Made by a program: the position numbers and the translations under genes
Source: Azolla caroliniana
Taxonomy: Eukaryota; Plantae; Polypodiophyta
Direction: 5' to 3'
DNA: 64,000 nucleotides
Assembly: GCA_043228905.1 (NCBI GenBank)
Contig: JBHGNT010000020.1
Location: 1,798,001 to 1,862,000, forward strand
The notes under the pieces: model-generated
Told to the model about the DNA's origin: nothing
The model's input: the letters and a program-made list of their open reading frames with translations, nothing else
Databases searched by the model: none
Part shown: in pieces, positions 53,730 through 64,000 of the stretch
Numbering within the stretch: the stretch's first letter is position 1
Layout of the letters: the number at the start of each line of letters is the position of its first letter

Positions 53730-56700
53730 CTAGTTTTCATTCGATTCCTTGTATGGGGCAAATATGATCGATGAGTTGTGACCTCCGAAACCAAAGGAAT
53801 TAGATAAGGCGATTTTTATGTCCAACCTTTCCTTCTTCCCCCCTACAACTACATTCATGTCCTGAAATTTAGTATACATATATATATATCACAAAAAACA
53901 ATCTCTAGTTAACCTCAAGTTTCATTATTTTTCTTTTCAGGAAGAACTTTTGAGAACATCAAAAGAAACATCATATCTACATATATATATAATATAAATT
54001 ACAATTTCTTTCTCCGGAGTTTCGATATTGATGGTTGGATGAACCCAGCCTGTCCTGATAGCCTGCAAAAGCAAGATGAAAAACCCTAATCTCAATGCCT
54101 CTCTATGTGGATCTTATGGTTATTTCTACACATTTTCTTTCGAAAATAAGAAATTTGTTAACCAGTGCAATCTAGTTCAACTTATTACATTTAGTGTCCC
54201 ACCTGAAATGTGAAGGACGAACACAAAAAGACAAAGGACCTTAATCCCTAAAACATGTTTGAATCGGAAGACGTTCACAAAAGAATGACGCAGAAATGCA
54301 GTACCCAGAGCCAAAAGAAAGTCTTTGCAAACTTGTTGAGTCATGGCATACATTACACAATAACCAGACAATGCAGAGCAGGAGTTTGGGTTATTCTAAG
54401 CTTACAAATCCTGTGTGTGCGCATATACTGACCACTCTTGTGGGATCATGGCATATGTTACACAATAATACACACAATGCAGAACAGGAGATTGAGTTAT
54501 TCTAGGCTTACAAATCATGTGTGTGTGTGTGTGTATCTCTTACGATGCAGAGAAGCAGCTGGCGCAAAGTGAATATAATTCAATCTCAACAACATTAGGA
54601 CAAGCAAGGGAAAAAAAAAATTGCATACATATATATATATATATATATACACGTGTATATAAGTATTTAAGATCAAATTTACCTGTACAGTCGCAATGGC
54701 CTCGACACCACCCGCTGCTCCCAAAAGGTGTCCTATCATGGACTTCGTAGAGTTTATTTTGAGCTGAGATTAACCATTATAAAATCAGACAAACTTACAA
54801 TCAACCAGTCGAAAACTCAACATTGAAACCAGAAGACTCATTCATTACCTGTGGATTGTGTCCAAAGACTTCCATCAATGCCTTGTATTCTTGAAGATCT
54901 CCAGCTCGAGTGGAAGTTGCATGAGCATTGACATAATTCACATCGTCTTTCAAGACTCCAGATTGAGCCAAGGCTTTCTCTATACAGAGTAAAAGCCCAG
55001 CTCCTGGAAAACTAAGAGCCCCAATAAATACAAACATAGGAATATGACACATACAAACATTCATGTATATGCACATATTAGTGTAGATACAGATATATAG
55101 AACTACCAAAACATTTCTTGCCTTGAGGATGGGGTTCGGTCATGTGATAGGCATCACATGTAAAGCTTCCACCAAGGAATTCAGCATATATTGGTGCTCC
55201 CCTTTTCTGCCATTGTATTATGTAGCTCTCTATTTATTTTCCACGCAATTGTTTTTGATAAACACCATTTTACTATGAAAGTTATCTGACAAAGAATAAA
55301 GGCCAGAAAGAATACCTGGGCATGCTCCAGCTCTTCCAACAGGAGAACTCCAGCACCCTCACCCATAACAAATCCATCACGATCCTACACAACCAGAATC
55401 TTGAATATCCATTCAACTTTGCTTCAAGATCATTCTTAGAACAGACAGCCTCTAAAAAAAGTTATGTGCAAAGTTGAAAACCATGTCCCAGGGTCTTGAC
55501 GCCCTCTGAGGAGAATCGTTTCTTTGTGACAACGCCCTGCAAGCCACAAACCCTCCAAGTCCTGCCCAAACCCAGTCATAATTATTGCCATTTTGTGACT
55601 TGGCAAGCAATTTGTGTAGTTCAAGATGGAGGAAATAGTTACACGCAGTCTCGTTACAATCAATACCATTATAACTCTGTTTTTCAGCAAACAATCATAT
55701 GGTCATCTACGTCGCAAGATGATGAAAATGCACCTTCAATATGCCATGAAGATTTGATAAATTCAAGTTTTCTTTCGTCATTCTTCCAAGTGTGTAAAAA
55801 GCAATGGACTTGATATGATGCACTTACCAATGGGGATAATAGCCGAATCTGCACCACCACACAACATGACATCCTAAAAAAGATAGAGAAAGCCGAGGAT
55901 TGGATGATATTAGACATAAAATAGCAATTTCAACAGGCCATCGATCATATTTGCAAGATGAATAAACTTATACTCACAGCTTCACCACGAAGAATGTGGT
56001 TTGCTGAATTCAAGATACAGAAATTGCTTGTTGCACATGCAGTTGATATCGAATAATTTGGGCCCATCCAGCCCTGAGGTTTGAAACAAGTAAGCAAGGC
56101 TTGAAATTTTGACTTATCGACATATGGCAATCTTTTGAACAACAAAATCTACCAAATCCATTGCTAACATGGCCGAACCCATATTCGTTGTCGCAAACGG
56201 TACACAAAAGGGATTCATCTTTCGATATGAGACTCGCAGCGCCTCGATGGCATCATTAAAAACCTGACAGCACAGAGAGAGAAGCAATAATGATGTCCTT
56301 CCTGGTCTTTCATTTCAATGGGAAATTCGTCTTGTTGCACAAACATAAGTGACCAAAAACCTTCATTCCCCCCAGTGCAGATCCTATTAGAATGCCACAT
56401 TTCGATTTATCCAATTCATCCATGGCATCAAGGGAGATCCCACCATCTTCTAATGCCTTTTTACCAGCGGTAAGAGTGTAAAGCATAAACTTGTCCATTC
56501 TCCTAGAGAACTTTGGTGCAACCCATCCATCCGTTGAGAATGATTTAATTTCGCCAGCTATTCTCTGCCATAACATGCAACAAGAATATCTCAATATGGG
56601 TTGAAACAGCTCTATAAAAGATATTATCCTATTACAATGCTATACTCAAATGACCTCTGCTTCTGATCATCATATCAAATGCAAGCAAACGTTTGAAAGT

Positions 56701-58646
56701 GTGTCGAATAAAAAGCACCCAAAACTCACAGTCGGAAAATCTTTGCAATCAAAATTCTCTATCTCAGTAATGCCACTTTTTCCGTCCAAAAGGTTATTAT
56801 AGAAACTGTCTGGATCATGTCCGAGACATGAGACTACACCCATGCCTGTTACCACAACCCTCCTTGGCTTAGTTGTGATCTTTTTCTTGTCAGTTGACTC
56901 CCTTGCTGGCTGAATAACAATGGCCCAAGCTTTGCCTGAAAACATATCTAGAGGTGTCATCTCCAATTTCTAAGGATAAACACAAAATTGGGCGGTGCAT
57001 TGATGACAAAAAAAAATGATGTGTGCATAAGGTTTAAGAGAACTTTACCGCAATTAGGAACAAATCCTTACTACATTTAAAAGATGCTGAAAACATAATG
57101 CATCATGGAATTGGTACAAAATGAGACTACTAAAAATTCGCCACTAATAGCAAGAGCCCTAGCTGAAAACTCACCTAATTTCCAATTTTTAAGCACAAAC
57201 ACAAATTTTAGCAGTACAGTAACACTGCTAACAGGCATAAGATTTGTGAGGATTTTACCCCAATTATTAACACTAGAGGTTTTTGACGAGCACACCATAT
57301 AAAATACAATGCAAAATGAGACTTGTGAAAATCCATTGCAAACAGACCATGGACTATATATACAGCTTCAGCCGTTCAAGTTAAATGATTTTTGCAAATT
57401 CAGACTCCATTAAGAGCAAGGCATTATTGCAGTAACAAAACCCAAACATGCAACATAAGATGAACACACGATGAAACTAGAGGAAATCCACTCCAGTGAG
57501 TATATTGTTGGTGTCATTTCATGTTGAAAAGCTTTGTGAGAATTCGGCTTCAATTATAAACAATCATTACTGCATGAACACAAACACATGCAAACCTGAG
57601 ATCGATGCAAAATGGAAGTAGTGAAATTTCATTGCCAATAGGTTATTTGACTATACAGTTAAAAATATACGAATGGAAAACGGTGCAGAAAATTTCCATC
57701 AACAATAGGTCATGGAAAACATACTACATGTGTCTTTGAAGTTCAAAGAATTCATGTGGGTGAAATGCAACTAGTGCATAGACTATGTAATGTTTGTGTT
57801 ACATTCAAGGTGAAAGAATCCACAGGCCACCTGAGTGCATGCACAAATGCATGCGGGTGAATAGAATCAAACCAAATGAAATAAAAAAACAATAAATGCA
57901 TGTCAGGGCAAATCAAACCTAAAACAATGAAGACAACGAAATACATGCGGTGAATTCAATAATCGAAACAAAAATGCATGAAAATCAAAGTGAATCGAAA
58001 CAATGAATTCAGGCGTTGTAAAGCAAACAGAAACTATTTAATGCATGCAAGAAAATACATGCCAAATCAAGGAATGAATTGGGACGAGATTGTACCAAAA
58101 CAACAATTGAATGTGGACAAATTGAACAAACTCTATGCACGAAGAAAAATGAGGGTGGGAGATCTATGTTTAGGAGAGAATCTAAGCAAAGAAGGTGGGG
58201 GAGGAAGGGGCACAGAAAGGAATTGATGGAAAAGCAAAAGTAGAAAACAATAATCACAAACCAGAGCCAGCATGAGATTTGGGATGACGGCGAGCAGTGC
58301 GAGGGGATCGTGGGGATCCGAAGCCGAGGCCAAAGATACCATCGGAGCCACCGAAAAGAGGAGATTGGGTAGAGCTATAAAACTCGGGGCATGCTTCGAA
58401 AGAGAAGCACGAGCCGAGGCCGAGGCCCGATCCACAATGTGATAATGACGAGAAAATTGGGGTATTAATGTTGTTCTTTAGGCCACAAGTGGAGGAAGGG
58501 GAGAGCCCATGGAGCCTCCTGCGGCGCGCTCTCCTGCTCAAGGGCAGGGGCTGTGACCCACCTTCTTCCCTTCCTCCTCCTCCACCACAGGAACAGGCGG
58601 CAGCGATGAGCCAAGAGTAAAGGGGAGCTACAACCGCCATAGCCAT
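53730..58646 (-). CDS. KAS2: 3-oxoacyl-ACP synthase II (KASII), plastid-targeted, 13 exons, ~569 aa
   Basis: Exons 58646-58262, 56935-56730, 56564-56361, 56263-56153, 56073-55978, 55873-55828, 55561-55482, 55384-55316, 55206-55122, 55003-54849, 54763-54683, 54062-54003, 53861-53730 total 1710 nt, phase-consistent. RRVVVTGMG, Cys-His-His triad (STACAT, NAHATST, IGHLLG), [10 protein letters not shown]. Long Ser/Arg-rich N-terminal extension like plant KASII. Confidence 0.94.
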
Positions 58647-59044
58647 GCTTTTCTCCCTCCTCGCTCACTCACTCACTCACTCACTCTTCCTGTCCCCTCT
58701 CCCCCCCCCTCTCTCTCTCTCTCTCTCTCTAGTTTCTTCTGGTGGATGGATGGATATGGGTTCTCTTCTCTTCTCTTCCCTACCCTTTTTGTGTGTCTTT
58801 TCTTGTACATGGGCGCCCACCTCGCTACTTCTCTCGCTCTCGCTCTCTCTCTATGGCTGAGGCTCTGCCTCTCTGTGCCTCTGCCTCTGCCTCTGCCTCT
58901 GCCTCTCTCATGCAGTGCACCTCTTTTAACTCCTTTTCTTAGTGTGTTTTCTCCACACACACCTGCCTTCTTCTTCTTCTTTTGCTTGTGGAGAGGAGGG
59001 TTTGATAGATACCCTTCCAAGTCTATCCATGTTCATGCCGCCGG

Positions 59045-59643
59045 TGGATACGCTTCCAGTTTGTTCTCCTCGATACAGAGTTTTGTCCGCCCAACTTAGA
59101 CCCCCCCCCCACACACACACACACACAGTCGATGGATATGGTTCCAATTTGTTTTGTTCGATACAAAGTTTTGTCCGTCCCAACTTAGACCCCCCGAACA
59201 TACAACCGATGGATATGCTTGCATCTGTTCTGTTCGATACAGAGTTTTGTCCACCCAACTTAGACCCCCCGAACATACAACCGATGGATATGCTTGCATC
59301 TGTTCTGTTCGATACAGAGTTTTGTCCACCCAACTTAGACCCCCCGAACATACAACCGATGGATATGCTTGCATCTGTTCTGTTCGATACAGAGTTTTGT
59401 CCACCCAACTTAGACCCCCCGAACATACAACCGATGGATATGCTTGCATCTATTCTGTTCGATACAGAGTTATGTCCGCCCAACTTAGACCCCTCGAACA
59501 TACAGTCGATGGATATGCTTGCATCTGTTCTGTTCGATACAGAGTTTTGTCCGCCTAACTTAGACCCCCCGAACATACAACCAAGGGATATGCTTGCATC
59601 TGTTCTGTTCTATACAGAGTTTTGTCCGCCCAACTTAGACCCC
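59045..59643. repeat. 75-bp tandem minisatellite, ~6 near-identical plus 2 degenerate copies, upstream of KASII
   Basis: Unit caacttagacccccc gaacatacaaccgatggatatgcttgcatctgttctgttcgatacagagttttgtcc(a/g)cc; ttagac at 59185, 59260, 59335, 59410, 59485, 59560, 59635. Confidence 0.95.
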
Positions 59644-60038
59644 AGATGGGCATACAATCATCTGATGTGCGAGCCTCATCACAAACCGACCAAGAGACTG
59701 CGGCGCGAAGAAATTATCGTTGGCTCGTTTGGTAGTAAATGTATAGAGAATCGAAAGAATCTCATATAAGGTTTGTTGGTTTTCTGTTGTTTTTTTACTA
59801 GTGGAAAGGTGTGTATGTACAGGCTTGAATTTGGAATAACAAAAGGCTTCTTCTTATCCTTGTCCCATGGATTTCAACACTTTACATGTCACTGTCTTTG
59901 TGAAAGCCGGACTCTTGAGGCTCACTTGAATAGTTTTTGTGACCACTACTTATTTTTAACCTTCAAACCAAAGGTTGCCACTTTCACATTCATGCCCTAC
60001 CTAGATTTCAAAGTGTTACCAGATATAACAACTCTATT

Positions 60039-60421
60039 AAAAGGGGGAGAACATTGTAGAAGAGTAAAAAGGTTATTTTTTGTGCCTTCTTTTTATTCTT
60101 CTTCTTCATTCTTTAGATTTAGGATAGAGCTTCTCTCACACACACACGCACACACTCTCCTCTTAGTTTACATGAGATTAGTGTTAAGCACTTTATTCTA
60201 AACCTTACACTAATCTCCTTGAATTGTAGCTTGCTTTAACTAATTGAAATGTGGTTTGCTCATTTATACGCGGCTTTATGCATCATTAACTACAAGGTCC
60301 AATAGTTAAGCCCCATTGAGACATTGATTAACTTCCTAGCTATTATAACTATCTAAGATATTAAAGAAATAATTCACCTAATAATAATATACAGAGTGTT
60401 TAGTAGCTCGAGAGTGCTTGA
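60039..60421 (+). mobile_element. Possible PPT plus start of an LTR, interrupted by the gypsy
   Basis: aaaagggggagaa followed by TGTAG at 60055. No partner LTR in the window. Confidence 0.4.
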
Positions 60422-63400
60422 TGTTACCGGCCGGCAAAGGAGTCCAGAGTGGGAAACGGAGGGTTATTTAAGTAGTAGGAATGTGGTTGTAATTAAGCTA
60501 TGAGTGTGGACGGACGAACCAGAATCGGTATGCCGTTCCAGATTCGGACCGATCCCGAACAGGTGCGGATGGCACCGTTTTGTAATACAGACCGGAAACC
60601 TATTTAAAGGCCCGGATACAATGTAATCAATAGCGGTTAATTAATAAAAGCCTAACGTTGTTATCTCTCTGTGTTAATTGTCGTTCTGTCTTAATTGTTA
60701 TATCTTACGCGTGTGATTATGAAAGACGATCATGCTAAGTAACTTAATTAAGTCAGATTAAGCGTTGAGTCTAATCCGGTTGCCGTAACACCCTTTGGTG
60801 AAGTGTCTTCCGTAGACACCCTGTGTTAGGCCATTGTCCGGCCCTAAGAGTTAACACAGTTTTTGGCGACCACGATTCCTGTTTTTGCAGCGAACGACGG
60901 CACGGATGGATGTCTAGATCAACGCACGACCTGGTTATAGATCGAACTTGACGCCTTGCCGAAAGGCAAAGGAGACGCGAGGCTTTCCAGCAAGCGGCGC
61001 AGGAAATTAGAGCGGATCGCTCGTTTTCCAACGTAATCCGGAGAGTAGCGGAGGACTCCCTCTGGTTACAGCAAACATCGCACCCGGACGACGGCAGCAG
61101 CCTAAGCAGCCTCCGGGAAACCAAATCCCTTCTCCACGCGTTGGCAAACGGAGAAGGCGAAGCAGAAGCCTTCTCAGCATATGAATCGGACTCCGAAGGG
61201 GAATACAGCGTGCACACGAACTACCGTAGCAGCAACGAAACCCCGGGCGGACCGGAGGACGAAGGATCGGATACCTTACCGGCACCGGAACCGGAAGTGC
61301 TAACGCTGGAACCCCCGAAACTAGCAGAGGAAGAGCGACCTCCGACACCGGAAGTCGAAGAGGAAAAACCACTGACACCGGAAACAAATTGGGAAAGACC
61401 ACCAACGCCGGAGAAAATTCCGGAACGAGCACCAACACTGCCAGCCCGCGCACCGATACCGGATGACGACATGCCGTTCCAGTACTCCAAGTATAGAGAT
61501 GATCCAGACGCGGAAGCTCATGTGCACGCCTTTGAACAGACATGGGAAGCCAACCATGTGTCCCAACGATTGACCCTGGAGGAAGAAGAACACTCTAAGA
61601 TAACGGAATTTGGCGTCACATTGGAGGGACCGGCAGCAAGATGGTGCCGGACACAGGACCCGTCTACCATCAACACCTTTGCAGATTTAAAAGCTAAATT
61701 TTTGCATTTTTTTCAAAAGGAGGTGGACCAGACCGTAATGGTAGGCTTATTTTATACCATCCGACAGGAGGCAGGGGAGAGCATTCCCCAATTTGTCATC
61801 CGGTTTCAACGGATGCATAGTCAGCTTGCCCGCGCACCCCTGGAGGAGGAATTACGGACTATATTCCTAAACGCGCTTCGGGAACCCCTACGCATGGTTT
61901 GCACGGTAATTGATTTCCGCACAAGTACCATCGACCAAGTCATTGACCGGGTGAGAGAGATGGAAAAGACAAGCTCCTGGCTCACACTGGGAGCACTCCA
62001 ACGGGCGTTACCATCCGATGAAGACCTCCGGTTTCGGCAAGCAATACAGTGCACAACCTGCTTGAATGCCGGACACTCGGCTCTAGAATGCACTATGAGG
62101 ACGCGATGTGTAATCTGTCAATCCAAGAGCCATATGACGGATAGGTGTGAGTATAATCTGTTGAACCGGCAAGCACCGCTCGTCCGACAAATTGAGCCAT
62201 GCAGCAGCCGGGATGAAGAAGACGAACGCTGGCGGCGAATGGACCGCGACCGACCGGCACAGGATGTCCGGTATGGCGATAGACGGGAGAATGATGTCTG
62301 GTACGGTGATCGGCGGGATAACTATGACCGGCATGATCGATACCGGGATTACAATAGACGATACGAACATTACGATTGGGAGCACTCCCCCAGGTATCGT
62401 CAGCAATGGGAGGAATACGGCAGATATAACGGGCAACACCGTCAAGAGTATCGCAATAAGAAGAGCTATAACAAAAAACGGCATTTTAAAAAAGGCGGCT
62501 ACCCCCGGGATTCGGAACAAGAAGCTCCAAGCAGCGAACCGGTCCAAAACCCCGCGCGTACCGCAGGACCTGCCCCGGGTACAACAGACAATGCCGAATC
62601 TAGCAATACCCGGAAAGCCTACTGCTACTACTGCCGACAGGAAGGCCATACAGTAACCAATGCCCGGTGAAGAGCTATGAAAAACGACCGGCAGTAAATA
62701 TGGTAGTCCCTGAGGTGGCAGATCTACAGCAAGTGACCACAAGGTCGAAGGGCATGGCCAAGGAATGGGAGACGCAGGAGACCATCCGGAAACAAGCAAC
62801 GGAATGGGTAAAGAAAGCAAATGAACAGAATGTCACAGACTTACAATGGCAAAAGGAGAACACCGCAGGGCTTGCCAGCGGTAGTCACTCCGAGAACGAG
62901 ACATGGTAGGCGTTGCAAGAATGCCAGATTATGTTGCCACTAGGAAGACTCCTACAACTCGTGCCAAGATTCACGGAAGGACTGAAGACGGCCATGACGG
63001 CAGGAGAACCATCACCGACACCGATACTCTTCTCGAATCCAGAGGAGGGACCAACGGTGGTGGACACCAGCAGTCCGGTAATCACTTCCATTGTAAAAGG
63101 GAAAGAACTCCCCAACACAGTTATAGACGGAGGCTTTGGGGTGAATGTAATAAGCCTCCGGACGTGTGATGCCCTAGAAATCCACGAGTGGGAGCCGTGT
63201 CCGTTCTAGTTGCAGATGGCCGATACAAGCTCAGTGCGGCCGACAGGATTAATACGGAAATTAGAAGTCACCGTCGGCGGTCATACATTTCACATCTCGG
63301 CCGTAGTGCTACAATTACAGGCACAAGGCGCATACCCGCTATTGCTGGGGCGGCCATGGTTGAAAACGGCACATATCAAACAGAATTGGAGGAAAAATAT

Positions 63401-64000
63401 AATTACCTTCCGGTGAGGAAAAGCCAAGGTACGGGTACCAACACAGCCAAGGACGAGCACTGGCAAGGAATGTACACCGTTGTATGCGGAATGCGTCAAC
63501 ATGCTAGAAGGGTTAGCTGACGAAGAAGAAGCTCAGTACCTGCAGGAAAACCCGAAGATCATACCCCTCTTCGAAATTGACATTGCCGAACTAGTAGCAC
63601 CATACTTACCGCAACCGGAAGAGGCTGAAGCAGAACCAGATAAAGACGCAATCCGGGAGTTACGGCAAGCGCAGGAAGCGTTGGAACGGGAAATGGCCGT
63701 TTCACAGTGCGTAAAAGCGTCGCAACTGGAAGAGGTGAACCAAGGGACCACGGACGAAGCAAAACCTGTGCACATCGCCAAGGAGATGAAGTCCGAAGAC
63801 AAAACGGTGATGATCACACTTCTCACAGAATTTCGCGATGTGTTCGCCTGGTCATACGAAGACATGCGAGGACTCGACCCTCAGTTATACCAGCATCAGG
63901 TTCACTTGAGCAAGGACGCAAAACCAGTGGCACAAAAAAGGTACCGAATGAATCCCAATTATGCCGCCAAAGTCAAGGAGGAAATCGACAAACTGCTAAG
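60422..64000 (+). mobile_element. Ty3/gypsy (Tat/Athila-type) element, 5' part, runs out of the window
   Basis: Putative LTR ~60422-60858 (TGTTAC...ACA) followed by PBS-like ttttggcgacc; then gag, protease and start of RT in gypsy order. Confidence 0.85.
61141..64000 (+). pseudogene. gypsy gag-protease-RT, disrupted
   Basis: Retrotransposon gag (TLEGPAARW, IRQEAGESI), CCHC knuckles, protease VIDGGFGVNVI...LLGRPWL, RT start VFAWSYEDMRGLDP...YRMNP. Frameshift ~62660 and stops at ~62907, 63207, 63414. Confidence 0.88.

Noticed and set aside
58926-59769. 216-275-aa ORFs with a 25-aa repeat on both strands
   Set aside because: Consequence of a stop-free 75-bp (multiple of 3) tandem unit; no ATG context or domain support.

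Overview
Repeat-rich plant nuclear DNA, probably a fern or other large-genome land plant (inferred from spliceosomal introns, gene content and TE landscape; not provable from the window). Host genes: the last 8 exons of a 6-phosphofructo-2-kinase/fructose-2,6-bisphosphatase (F2KP, + strand, with a decayed copia in one intron), a single-exon cold-shock-domain gene lacking zinc knuckles (- strand) and a complete 13-exon plastid KASII (- strand, one probable GC-AG intron, 75-bp tandem array upstream). The rest is nested TEs: four copia elements (two full-length with paired LTRs and perfect TSDs), two solo LTRs, an L1-type LINE, the 5' half of a gypsy and a hAT DNA transposon. The most notable structure is the hAT (24493-28873; 21-bp TIRs, perfect 8-bp TSD): besides its ZNF862-like transposase it carries a full open ubiquitin-RPS27a gene, antisense and apparently inside the transposase 5'-UTR intron. 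All calls were made by eye from the sequence and ORF track; no searches were run.
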